Below, in pieces: positions 24,076 to 37,050 of a DNA stretch of 64,000 bases (the first letter of the stretch is position 1; each line of letters opens with the position of its first letter). Both the position numbers and the translations under genes were made by a program. The DNA is from Mobula hypostoma (taxonomy: Eukaryota). The notes under the pieces are model-generated. The model ran no database searches and was not told the origin of the DNA. It was given only the letters and a program-made list of their open reading frames with translations. The DNA is taken from the NCBI RefSeq assembly GCF_963921235.1, contig NC_086097.1, positions 139,688,001 to 139,752,000 of the forward strand, read 5' to 3'.

Positions 24076-24759
24076 ATAGATCCAACTCTTGTTCCTATCA
24101 GCCCCTTGAGCCTCTGAGGTTGCACCCCATCTACTTTCCTGTCCTCCTCTCTGCATTACACTTGCAGATTTATGTGTCTACAGAGTCTTCTGGTGCAATG
24201 AGTTCCAAAGGCCCTCAACCTTCCAAAGAATAAATTCTTCCTCATCCTCCTTAAATGGAGCCCACTTGTTCTGAAATTATGCCTTCTGCTCTTGGACATC
24301 CATGAAAATGTCTGCACTGCATTTACTGTAAAGCCCCCTAAGAACCATGTGTTTCAATAGAATCACTTCTTCTGGAAGGGTAACTTAAGTTTTCAGATGC
24401 CACAAAGGTTGGTAGTGCTGTGATAGTGTGAAAGGTGTCATAGGTTATAACGGGGCATTCACAGGATGCAGAGATGGCCTGAGAAGTGGAAGATGGAGTT
24501 TAATCTGGAAAAATTTGGAAGGTCAATCTCGAAGGCAGATTACAGGGTTTAATGACAGGATTACTAGCAGTTTGGGTGGAAGAGCAGAAAGATCTTGGGG
24601 TCCACATCCATAGATCCCTTAAAGTCGCTATGCAAGCTGATATGGTGATCAAGTTGTCCTTCGTTAGTTGGGGGATTGAGTTTAACAGCCAGGTAATGTT
24701 GCAGCTCCATAAAACTGTCTTTACACCACACTTGGAGTATTGTTCAGGTCTTGTTGCCT

Positions 24760-27700
24760 CTCGCGACAGTGAGAGTAGGAATGCGATGAGGTGGAAGATA
24801 AATGCGTGGCTGAGGGATTGGAGCAGGGGGCAGGGATTCAAGTTTTTGGATCATTGGGACCTCTTTTGGCGCAGGTGTGACCTGTACAAAAAGGACGGGT
24901 TACACTTAAATCCTCGGGGGACCAATATCCTGGCAGGGAGATTAGCGGGGGCTACTGAGGTGACTTTAAACTAGAATGGAGGGGGGGTGGGAATCAAATT
25001 AAAGCGGCTAGGTGTGAGGAGGTTAGTTCACAACAGAGGGATGGGAACCAGTGCAGAGAGACAGAGGGGTGTAAAGTGAGCGTAGAAGCAAAAAGTACAA
25101 AGGGGAAAAGTAAAAGTGGCAGGCCGACAAATCCAGGGCAAGCATTAAAAAGGGCTAAGAGAGTTGTAAAAGAGTGCCTGAAGGCTTTATGTGTCAATGC
25201 AAGGAGCATTCGTAATAAGGTGGATGAATTGAAAGTGCAGATTGTTATTAATGATTATGATATAGTTGGGATCACAGAGACATGGCTCCAGGGTGACCAG
25301 GGATGGGAGCTCAACGTTCAGGGATATTCAATATTCAGGAGGGATAGACACGAAGGAAGGGGAGGTGGGGTGGCGTTGCTGGTTAAAAAAGAGATTAACG
25401 CAATAGAAAGGAAGGACATAAGCCGGGAAGATGTGGAATCGATATGGGTAGAGCTGCGTAACACTAAGGGGCAGAAGACGCTGGTGGGAGTTGTGTACAG
25501 GCCACCTAACAGTAGTAGTGAGGTCGGAGATGGTATTAAACAGGAAATTAGAAATGTGTGCAATAAAGGAACAGCAGTTATAATGGGTGACTTCAATCTA
25601 CATGTAGACTGGGTGAACCAAATTGGTAAAGGTGCTGAGGAAGAGGATTTCTTGGAATGTATGCGGGATGGTTTTTTGAACCAACATGTCGAGGAACCGA
25701 CTAGAGAGCAGGCTATTCTGGACTGGGTTTTGAGCAATGAGGAAGGGTTAATTAGCGATCTTGTCGTGAGAGGCCCCTTGGGTAAGAGTGACCATAATAT
25801 GGTGGAATTCTTCATTAACATGGAGAGTGACGTAGTTAATTCAGAAACAAAGGTTCTGAACTTAAAGAGGGGTAACTTTGAAGGTATGAGACATGAATTA
25901 GCTAAGATAGACTGGCAAATGACACTTCAAGGATTGACGGTGGATATGCAATGGCAGGCATTTAAAGGTTGCATGGATGAACTACAACAATTGTTCATCC
26001 CAGTTTGGCAAAAGAATAAATCAAGGAAGGTAGTGCACCCGTGGCTGACAAGAGAAATTAGGGATAGTATCAATTCCAAAGAAGTAGCATACAAATTAGC
26101 CAGAGAAAGTGGCTCACCTGAGGACTGGGAGAAATTCAGAGTTCAGCAGAGGAGGACAAAGGGCTTAATTAGGAAGGGGAAAAAAGATTATGAGAGAAAA
26201 CTGGCAGAGAACATAAAAACGGACTGTAAAAGCTTTTATAGATATGTAAAAAGGAAAAGACTGATAAAGACAAATGTAGGTCCCCTGCAAACAGAAACAG
26301 GTGAATTGATTATGGGGAGCAAGGACATGGCAGACCAATTGAATAATTACTTTGGTTCTGTCTTCACTAAGGAGGACATAAATAATCTTCCAGAAATAGT
26401 AAGGGACAGAGGGTCCAGTGAGATGGAGGAACTGAGCGAAATACATGTTAGTAGGGAAGTGGTGTTAGGTAAATTGAAGGGATTGAAGGCAGATAAATCC
26501 CCAGGGCCAGATGGTCTGCATCCCAGAGTGCTTAAGGAAGTGGCCCAAGAAATAGTGGATGCATTAGTGATAATTTTTCAAAACTCGTTAGATTCTGGAC
26601 TAGTTCCTGAGGATTGGAGGGTGGCTAATGTAACCCCACTTTTTAAAAAAGGAGGGAGAGAGAAACCGGGGAATTATAGGCCGGTTAGCCTAACGTCGGT
26701 GGTGGGGAAACTGCTGGAGTCAGTTATCAAGGATGTGATAACAGCACATTTGGAAAGCGGTGAAATGATCGGACAAAGTCAGCATGGATTTGTGAAAGGA
26801 AAATCATGTCTGACGAATCTCATAGAATTTTTTGAGGATGTAACTAGTAGAGTGGATAGGGGAGAACCAGTGGATGTGGTATATTTGGATTTTCAAAAGG
26901 CTTTTGACAAGGTCCCACATAGGAGATTAGTGTGCAAACTTAAAGCACACGGTATTGGGGGTAAGGTATTGGTGTGGGTGGAGAATTGGTTAGCAGACAG
27001 GAAGCAAAGAGTGGGAATAAACGGGACCTTTTCAGAATGGCAGGCGGTGACTAGTGGGGTACCGCAAGGCTCAGTGCTGGGACCCCAGTTGTTTACAATA
27101 TATATTAATGACTTGGATGAGGGAATTAAATGCAGCATCTCCAAGTTTGCGGATGACACGAAGCTGGGTGGCAGTGTTAGCAGTGAGGAGGATGCAGGGT
27201 GACTTGGATAGGTTGGGTGAGTGGGCAAACTCATGGCAGATGCAATTTAATGTGGATAAATGTGAAGTTATCCACTTTGGTGGCAAAAATAGGAAAACAG
27301 ATTATTATCTGAATGGTGGCCGATTAGGAAAAGGGGAGGTGCAACGAGACCTGGGTGTCATTATACACCAGTCATTGAAAGTGGGCATGCAGGTACAGCA
27401 GGCGGTGAAAAAGGCGAACGGTATGCTGGCATTTATAGCGAGAGGATTCGAGTACAGGAGCAGGGAGGTACTACTGCAGTTGTACAAGGCCTTGGTGAGA
27501 CCACACCTGGAGTATTGTGTGCAGTTTTGGTCCCCTAATCTGAGGAAAGACATCTTTGCCATAGAGGGAGTACAAAGAAGGTTCACCAGATTGATTCCTG
27601 GGATGGCAGGTCTTTCATATGAAGAAAGACTGGATGAACTGGGCTTGTACTCGTTGGAATTTAGAAGATTGAGGGGGGATCTGATTGAAACGTATAAGAT

Positions 27701-28066
27701 CCTAAAGGGATTGGACAGGCTAGATGCAGGAAGATTGTTCCCGATGTTGGGGAGGTCTAGAACGAGGGGTCACAGTTTGAGGATAGAGGGGAAGCCTTTT
27801 AGGACCGAGGTTAGGAAAAACTTCTTCACACAGAGAGTGGTGAATCTGTGGAATTCTCTGCCACAGCAAACTGTTGAGGCCAGTTCATTAGCTATGTTTA
27901 AAAGGAAGTTAGATATGGCCCTTGTGGCTACAGGGGTCAGGGGGTATGGAGGGAAGGCTGGGTTCTGAGTTGGATGATCAGCCATGATCATAATAAATGG
28001 CGGTGCAGGCTCGAAGGGCCGAATGGCCTACTCCTGCACCTATTTTCTATGTTTCTATGTTTCTAT
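24760..28066 (+). mobile_element. Young 5'-truncated CR1 LINE (ORF1 C-terminus plus near-intact ORF2) nested in an older CR1
   Basis: ORF1 esterase tail ends TAG at 24974. ORF2 carries APE endonuclease and RT motifs. Tail (TTTCTATG)x~3 at 28044-28066. The older CR1 resumes on both sides. Confidence 0.95.
24959..27968 (+). pseudogene. CR1 ORF2 (APE endonuclease plus reverse transcriptase) with a single frameshift near 27195
   Basis: Frame open from 24959 to 27202 ([54 protein letters not shown]). It continues in another frame to 27968 (MQGDLDRL...RPHLEY...FFTQRVVNLWNSLP). Confidence 0.92.
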
Positions 28067-28206
28067 TATAGGAAGGATTTAGAAGTTTTGGGCAGGGTGC
28101 AGAGGAGATTTGGCAGGATGTTGCTTGGGTTCGAGAGCATAGCTTGCCGGGAAAGGTTTAGTGAGCAAGGGTATTTCTCTTCGGAGCGAATGAGGGTGAT
28201 AAATGA

Positions 28207-29342
28207 TGTAACCCAGGTTAAATAAACCCAAATTTGTAATATTAGAAATTTCTACCCGCGGAGGGATGAAAAGGAAGTTTGCCGATTTTTTAAAAAAATT
28301 GGAAAAAACGCTATGCGAAGGAGGGACGGGCTGTACTCAACTGACAAGAAACGCAGCATCAAATAGAAACTGAAGACATGAACCGTTAGGAGTAGAATTA
28401 GTAGTGAGTATTTTAACCCTACTAACTTGAAACCCCTGGAGAAGAAACAACAGCGGTAAGAGATTTATTGAAGCTGCAGCTATAACGAGACAATATCGGC
28501 AGAGACCAGTGCCCAAAATGCCTACTCGGGAATTAGTTCTGCAAAATCAAATTTTGTACAAGTTTGTGAATTGACTTACTATGGATGATCAACTATTTCA
28601 TCTAACGAACCAAGACGGCAAGCCACCCGGGTGACGAACCAGTGCGTGAACGAAATGTGTAATGACGCGGAGGATTTAATACAATTGGATGTATAAGTTT
28701 ATTTTCATACGAGTAATCCGAATTTGATTTTCTGCGAGAACTGATTATTTTTGCACAGACTTTGATAAGTTACTGAATGAGATTTACTTTGTTTAAGAGT
28801 TACAATGTTGGAGAATTGTCGTGAAAGGAGTTAAACTGTGTATATATAATATTTGAATTTAAACTTGCAGATATACTGTCTGGAACTGAAAATGAAGTTA
28901 ACTATATTACTTGAGAATAGGAATTGTATTTGTTTTTTCTAACTAACTAGTGATAAGTAAAAAGGAAAGTTTAGTCTGTAAGCTTTTAAATAGGGAATAA
29001 CACTAGACCTAATTAGAGAAATTGGAGTGACGAAAGTTATTTCAATGAATATCACTGATTCTAATTAAAACGGAATTTGTTGTGGTTTGATAATCTAAGA
29101 TTTGGAACGTAAGCAGAATATTTGAATTTTGAATTGTTCTTGCTCATGTAAATATTTTGTACATACTGTGTTTTTCTTATAAACAAAACCTTATTTCCAG
29201 AAGTGTGTAGTTTCTATTCACTGCCTCCTTCCGATCCCTGGATTCTTCTGATGGCCTATTAGCACCCAGTGTAATTTGATTTTCTCTAAAGAAGGCGACG
29301 ACTAGTCACTCACGACAAGACTGATGCTACACAGGTGTTACA
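28207..29342. mobile_element. Solo LTR (1136 bp) of an LTR retrotransposon or endogenous retrovirus
   Basis: TGTAAC...GTTACA termini, exact 4-bp target duplication ATGA (28203-28206 and 29343-29346). Interrupts a CR1 fragment that rejoins across it. No ORF. Confidence 0.8.
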
Positions 29343-31254
29343 ATGAGGGTAGAGGTGTCTGAGATGAAAAGAAGCATGGATAATGGCCTTTTTCCCAGGA
29401 CGGAAATGGCCATTATGATATGTAATTTTAGAGAGATTGAAGGAAGGTAGGGTGGAATGCCAGGGGTAATGTTTTACACAGTGGCTGCTGGTGGAACGCC
29501 CTGCCAGTATTGGTGATAGAGGCAGATATGTTAGGGACAGTTAAAGACTCTTAGCACTCCATTTTTCTTGCATCTATGTGAGAAGAAAGGGTTAAATTGA
29601 TCTTTAGTTTAAAAGGTTGACACAGCATCATGGGGCAAAGGATCTGTACTGTTCTATGTTCTCAACACCCTTAACCCAACTTAGAAATTGCTTTTACAGG
29701 GAAAGTTGACTATCTACCTAGGATCAGTCTTGTAAATCTTCCCTGAACTGAATCTATTGATAATAAAGATATCTTTAAATGAGGGGATCAAGCTGAAGAA
29801 GTGTCTCCCTAATAAACTTGAATGTGATTCTCCACTCACACTCCAAATCTTTTCGTAATTTAAGATTGTCATTCTTCAGTACATGAGTGTAAAGGAGAAC
29901 AAAATTATTGTTACTCCAAATCCAGTATGGCAGAAAAATACAATAAGCATTTTAAAATGCAATAAATATTTTAAAAAGCAATTATTGTTGTATTTAAATA
30001 TTGGCTTTCTGAAGTTTTCCATTATCTTTGCCAATTTGTGCTGCACCATACACTGGATACCTGAATTCCCTGTAATACAAGTCGCAAATCTGCCATAGAA
30101 GATAAAGGTGTGCAGCTATGGGTGAGGGAGGTAGTGCTGGGCATAATGGCATGAATGACAACATTGTGAAACTAGGAAGTAATAGGGATTTAATGTTTGA
30201 AACCTGTGTAAGACAATGAGCTTCAATTTGATGAACTAACCTTGTGAGAGTTAGGAGTGCCAGGGGTTTCATGGAAGACCAACCAGAGTACATGTGCTAC
30301 TTTAATCTGGAGATACCAGTTTCTGCAGCAGACATATTGGTTAGGAGACAGTTTGTAATGGAGCTGAAATGATGCCTTGCTGACAGATGCTGCTTGATCC
30401 CCTGATTTCTCCAGCAGTTTGGTTTTGTTTGCTCCTGGTTCCATATCCACTTTGGTTCTTCAGAGAGAATAATCTTTCTGTAGCAACTACTGCTCCCAGT
30501 GGAGGGCAGTGTGGTCGTAAGAAACAGGCTCCTGGTTTGTGTTGTGTTGAGCACCATTAATGAAAGCAGCCCAGCCAGTGAGGGATGAAGATAAGGCACA
30601 GAGCAGTACAGTGTGGATGCAGGCCTTTCAGCCCAATGAGTACATGCTGACCACCGTGTCCATCCAGTTGGTCCCAGTTTCCTGTGCTAGGCCAATAACC
30701 CTCTAAGCCCCACCCTTTCATGTACCTATCCAGCACTTCATAAATAATCCTATTGTGCCTGCCTCAATCATTTCCTGTGGTAGCTCATTTCATATACTCA
30801 CCATCTTCTGCATGGAAAAAGTTGCCTCTCCGGTCCCTCTTAAATCTTTCACTCGATATCTATGTCCCCTACATTTGGACTCCCTTGCCCTGGGGAAAAC
30901 ACTGTTACTGTCCAGCTCATGTATTCTTCTGAGGGAAAAATATAGAAATGTGTTAAATTGGTAAATTTAAACTGCTGAATGTGTTTATTGTTGTCACATG
31001 TACTGAGGTACAGAGGAAAAACTTGTATGAACAGTATACAAGGCAAGTGCTTCACTACGTTGATGCATGTGACAATGTCAACTTAAATGTACTAATTTCA
31101 AACAGTTTTCCTCATCTGTTCCAAGGAATAAAGATCCAGTTTTGCCAATTTCTCATTATAACTTGAGCCCTTTCATCCTGCCAACATCTTCACAAATGTT
31201 TTCTGCATTCTTTCCATTTTAACTACATCTTTCCTATAAGAGGGTGACCATTAT

Positions 31255-31860
31255 TAGGAGACTCCTTTATTAGGAGTTTGAAGAGATTTGGCATGTCAAC
31301 AAATACACTCAAAAACTTCTATATATGTACCATGGAGAGCATTCTGACAGGCTGCATCACTGCCTGGTGTGGAGGGGGTACTACACAGGACCAAAAGAAG
31401 CTGCAGAAGGTTGTAAATCTAGTCAGCTCCATTTTGGGCACTAGCCTACAAAGTACCCAGGACATCTTTAGGGAGCAGTGTCTCAGAAAGACAGCATCCA
31501 TCATTAAGGATCCCCAGCACCCAGGGCGTGCCCTTTTCTCACTGTTACCATCAGGTAGGAGATACAGAAGCCTGAAGGCACACACTGAGTGATTCAGGAA
31601 CAGCTTCTTCCCCTTTGCCACCCGATTCCTGAATGGACTTTGAAGCTTTGGATACTACCTCACCTTTTTAATATACAGTATTTCTGTTTTTGCACATTTT
31701 AAATAATCTATTCAATAGGTGTAATTTACTTGTTTATTATTATGTTTTATTTATTATTACTTTTTTTCTGTCTCTGCTAGATTATGTATTGCATTGAACT
31801 GCTGCTGCTAAGTTAACAAATTTCATGTCACATGCCAGTGATAATAAATCTGATTCTGAA
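31255..31860 (+). mobile_element. Rex1/Babar LINE 3' end
   Basis: MKRFGMS..FY.CTMESILTGCITAW...LQKVV...LFSLLPSGRRYRSL, ending AATAAATCTGATTCTGA. Confidence 0.8.
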
Positions 31861-31861
31861 A

Positions 31862-34840
31862 ATTGTAGGTAGAATTCCAAGTGTGGTTTCACCAGAAACT
31901 TGTAAAACTGCAACATAATGTCCTAACTCCTATCTCAATGCCCTAACTGATGAAAGTCAGGATGTTTAAATGTCTTTTACACCACCCCATTTATATCTGA
32001 TGGCACTTTTAACAAACTATGCACTTGTACTCCTTTTTCCCTCTGTTTCATTATACTGGCAGGTACCCTACCGTTCATAGTATAAATCCTAGGATGGATT
32101 GATTTTCCAAAATGCATCACCACATACTTATCTGTATTGAAATCCATTTGCCATTCCTTGGCCCAGTTCAACTGATCAAGATCCCTCTGTAATCTACAAT
32201 AACCTTCACTGTCAATAACACCTAATTTTGTGTCATCCACAAACATACTGATCAAACCTTGTATACTTGCATCCAAATCATTTATAGATAATGATTAACA
32301 AAGGTCCCAACGCTGACCCCTCTGGTACACCACTAGTCACTGGCCTCCTTTCTCAGAAACAGCCTTCAGCTGCTACCCTCTGCTTCCTACCTCTGAGCCA
32401 ATTTTGAACGCAGCTAATTCGTTCTCCCTGATTCTATGGAACATTCTTCCAGACTAGCCTACTGTTTAGGGCTTTGATGTAGGCATTGCTGAAGTCCAAA
32501 TAGACAAGATCCATGGCCCTTTCCTCGTCTACACTTTTTGTTACTCTTCCAAAAAAAAACTAAAAGGTTCATCAAGCATGGCTTTTCACGCACAACTATG
32601 CTGACTCCTCTTACTCTAACTCTGTCTATCCAAATGCTGGTAGATCCTATCTCTCATAATTGCCTGCAGTAACTTCCCCACTACTGGTGTCATGCTGACT
32701 GGCCTGTAGTTACCCGGTTTGTCCTTGCTATCCTTCTTAATAACATTAGCTACATTCCAGTCTTTAGAAGCTTCACCAGTATTTAATGATAAAGCAACTA
32801 TTTCTGCAAGGACCTTCATAATTTCTCCAGCCTTTCACAAATTCCAAGGATACACTTGATCAAGCCACTTAATATGACATAAGGCTGCAAATTCCTCCTT
32901 TCTGTTAATAGAAATGTCCTCTAAAGCCTCACCTGTTTCCCTTATGTCTTGAGCAACCATGATGTTTTCTTCAGTAAATACCAAGGATAAATACTCAATA
33001 AATACCCTACCAATTTCTCGGCAGCCCTGCTGATCTCTAAGGGGACCTACTCACTCCCTGGCCACCTTTTTTCTCTTAATATAGCTATAGACCCTCTAGG
33101 AATTTTCCTTAACCCTACCTGCCAGATCCATCCTGATTTCCCTCCTAAGAGTATTCTTAATCTTTTTATAGTCATCAAGGGATTCAGTCATCCCTGACCT
33201 CCTAAACCTAATGTACACTTGTTTACTTTATCTTGACCAGAACTTCAGTATCTATCGTCAGCCAAGATTACCTAAACAGGCCAGATTCACCCTTCATCCT
33301 AACAGACACTTGCTGCTACTGCACTGATATCACAATGTTAAAATCCTCTCACTTGCTATTTGTTCCTTTCCCTACAAACAGGCTCACCCAATCGACTTCT
33401 ATTAGATACTCAAACAAGAGAAAATCTGCAGATGCCAGAAGTCCGAGCAACACACACAATATGCTGGAGGAACTCAGCAGGCCAGCAGCATCTATGGGGA
33501 AAAAAGTGCAGTCAATGTTTCAGGCCGAAACACTGCGGCAGGTCTGGAGAAAAAAAAGCTGAGGAGTATATTTGAAAGGTGGGGGAAAGGGAGAGAGAAA
33601 CACCAGATGATAGGTGAAACTTGGAGGGGGAGGGATGAAGCAAAGAGCTGGGAAGTTGATTGGTGAAAGAGATAGAAGGCCATGGAAGAAAGTAAAAAGG
33701 AGGAGGGGAAGGGGAGAGGAGGAGGAGGACCAGGGAGAGGTGATGGGTGGGCAAGGAAGTAAAGTGAGAGAGGGACAAGGTAATGGGAAATGGTGAAGGG
33801 TGGAGGGGAGGCATTACTGGAAGTTTGATAAATTCATGTTCATGCCATTAGGTTGGAGGCTAGTCAAACAGAATATAAGATGTTGTTCCTCCAACCTAAG
33901 CGTTACCTTAACCTGACAGCAGAGGAGGTCATGGATGGACATATTGGAATGGGAAGTGGAATTAAAATGGGGGGCTACGGGGAGATTCTACTTGTTCTGG
34001 CGGGCGGAGCATAGATGCTTGGCGAAGCGGTCTCTCAATCTACATCAGGTCTCCGCTTGCAAGGATAAGTGCCAGGAGGGAGATCAGTGGAAATTAGATT
34101 CTACGTAATTTCCTCAAACTACCCCTGCCCTAACCTGTGTACATTGCCATCATTATCTTGGTCACTAAAGCCAAAATGCTCCCTCCCCTGATTAACCTGT
34201 TAATTGCCCTGCTTCGTTCCCTACGGGAAGGTCAACTGTCACACTCTCCTGAGTAGTGGAGAACTTTTCAGGACACATTCCACAAATTCCACCCTGTCCA
34301 GGCCCTTAACACTGCACAGTCCAGTCAAGACGAAGGAAATTAAAATTTCCCACCATTACAAGCCTACTATTCTAACAATTACGAGCAATTTCTCCACACA
34401 CCTGCTCCTCAAGATTCTGCTGACTATTGCAGTTTCTAGAATGGTTGTTGTTTGGCGTCCATCTGTCTTGAAGGACAATGGGTGATGATCGTCATCATCA
34501 CAAGCCTGGGCGGAAGGTATGGAGATCCCGAGATGCCCAGTCATCAAGATCCGCTCTTTCTCCCCACCTTTATTGTGCCCTGCCTATCCTGATTACTAAA
34601 CTTTCTCTCGCTAGCTACTGCTTCATCCCACGACTTGCTCCTGGTCAGAGTCACACCTCACCCTGCCAATCGAGATTAACCCTTTTGTATTGCATTAGTA
34701 AAATTTCCTGCAGGAATATTTTGTCCCTCTCTGGTTCAGATGCAACCTGCCCCTCTTGCACATTTCACCTCTAGCCCAGAAAAGATCGCAATGGCCCAAG
34801 AACCTGAAACCTCCCCCGTTCTGAACCCTCACCACCATCA
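31862..34840 (-). mobile_element. Old degenerate CR1 LINE (interrupted by a Penelope fragment)
   Basis: Remnants [26 protein letters not shown] and the ORF1-like FRFLGHCDLFW..GRLHLN. Confidence 0.75.
33411..34092 (-). mobile_element. Penelope-like element 3' fragment with decayed hammerhead (33510-33545)
   Basis: Homologous to 60461-61539 (LRLEEQHLIF-type segment and pseudo-LTR). Flanking ATTAGAT direct repeat at 33401 and 34093. Confidence 0.75.
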
Positions 34841-36129
34841 AATTTTCTGCCGCTGCTTTTACTCCTTGACCCTGGCACCAGTGAGGCAACTCAATCCTGA
34901 CCTTTCTTCTTTGGCCACAACATCTCCTGTCTCTTCCTCTGGTTTTCAAGCGTCCTAGCACTATTGTCTTGTCTGACTGCACCCTTTCCCTGAGTCTCAG
35001 AGACTTGAACTACTGCTACCCCCTAAAAGAACATTTCCCTCTACCTGGTTGCACTTCCCACAGATGTAGCCAACAGGGAGACCCTGACTTCCCATATATC
35101 ATAGGAGAGGTATTCCACTGCCCTGACTACCATCCTGCCTGTACTCAAACAAGGATTAAGGATTAACTCTGTCAATAGGACATAAAATAGAGCCAGAACT
35201 CAGCTAACAGGATATCAGAATAAGGCCAGAGATCAGCCAATACGGCATAAGAATAAGGCCAGAGATCAGCTAGTAGGGCATGATATTAAGACCAGAACTC
35301 AAGGTACACTAAATGGACAATAAAAAAATGTTTGGCAGCAAAGAGTATCTGTGAATGATTGATATGACAAAGGCTCACATTTTTTGCAGATGGTACAACT
35401 AGATTTTAATGCAAATTTCTTGATCTTGGCATTGGTATCAAGGCCCCAGCTGCCTTTAACAGGGTGTGGATAGCTGTCTCTTTTAAATGCTGCAGTCTTC
35501 CTGGGTGAAAATGGTCCCATGGGTGCCATTGGGAGGAAATTCAAGGACTTAGAACCAGTGATGATGAAGAGTTGGTGATATATTTCCAAGTCAGGATGTC
35601 ATGCTACTTGGAGGGGAACCTGCAGATGGTGGTGCTTCCTGCACTTGCTGCCCTTGTCCTTCTTGGTGGTGGAGGTGGTGGGTTAGGGAGGTAGTATCGG
35701 GCGAATAACTGCAGTGCATTTTGTAGACTGCAGTGCACTGCAACTTCTGTGTGATGGCGTGGAAGTTCAGTGTGGTTAAGCTGCTAATGAGCGGCTACCA
35801 GGTAAGTGGGCAGCTTTGTCCAGAATGATCTCAGGCGGATTGAGTTATTGGAGCTGCACTTGTTCAGGGAAGTGGCAATATTTTCAACATGCTCTGGACT
35901 TGTACCTTGTAGATGGCGGTAAGAACTTGGGGTGTCAGGGCTGAGTCACTCCCTCGAGGCCACGCAGCCTCCATCCTGCGCTTACAGCCACGTCATTCAT
36001 GTGGCTGGTTTGGTAGAATTTCTGGTTGACCTTGTGCCCAAAGGTTGATGGTGGAGCAAATGGTGTCAAGTGTAGGTGGATAACCTCTTTTGTTAGATAT
36101 GGTCAATGTCTTGACAGGCACATTGCCAG

Positions 36130-37050
36130 ATTCTTCTTGGGCACTGGTATTATTGAAGACTGCCGAAGCAGGTGGGTACCTCTGAATGCCTAAGCAAGAG
36201 GTTAAAGGTATCAGTGAACTCTCCAGCCAGTTAATCAGCACAGGCCTTCAGCATTCAGCCATCTGGGCCAGGTACTTTCCCATGGGCACCCTCCTGAAAG
36301 ATGCTCTCCTGTTAGCCTCAGAGACTGTAATTACAGGGCTGTCAGGGGCTGTGGAAGTTTGTGAAGGTGCATCTACATTTTGTCCGTAAAAGTGAGCATT
36401 AAAGGAACTGAGCTCATCTGGGAACCTAATTATTGTTGCTTTCTATGTTCCTTGGTTTTGCTTTATATCAGGTGATAGCGTTCAAACCTTGCCACAGCTG
36501 CCGAGCATCCTTCTGTGATTCCAGATCTCTTGTGCTTTACTTAGTCACCAGACGGGAATGCCACTGATCTTTTCCTCAGCAGATTGCAGATCTCTTGGTT
36601 CATCCAGAACTTCTGGTTGGGGAAGACTCTAAGTGATTTTGTGGGGACATACTCATCCATGACTGACTTTATAAAGTCCACGACAACCGTGGCGTATTCG
36701 TTCAGATCCTCTGATGAGTCCTTGAACACGGCGCAGTCCACTGACTCGAAGCAATCTGGTAGCCGCTCCTCTGCCTCCTGTGACCACCTCTTCATTGTCC
36801 TCACTTCTAGAGCCTTGCTCTTCAGCTTCTGCCTGTATGCAGGTAGAAAGAGGACAGACAAATGGTCGGATTTCCCAAAGTGCGGTCTAGGGCTGGAATG
36901 GTAGCCATTCCTTATGGTGGTATAGCAGTGCTCAAGTGTGCTGATAATCCGGTAGAGATTTCTTCAAACAAGCCAGGTTGATGTCCTCAGCAATGATTTG
37001 AAAGGCATTGGGGTAGGCTGTTTATTGTTTGATTATTGCTGTTCTCAATA
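36130..37050 (-). mobile_element. Rex1/Babar LINE internal fragment
   Basis: LPAYRQKLK...WSQEAEERL.DCFESVD..VF, paralogous to 5022-5399. Confidence 0.75.

Noticed and set aside
35185..35300. About four copies of a ~33-bp unit (AGAATAAGGCCAGAGATCAGC...) resembling a CRISPR array
   Set aside because: Vertebrate DNA, no cas genes, and the 'spacers' are only about 12 bp and related to each other. It is a decayed tandem repeat.
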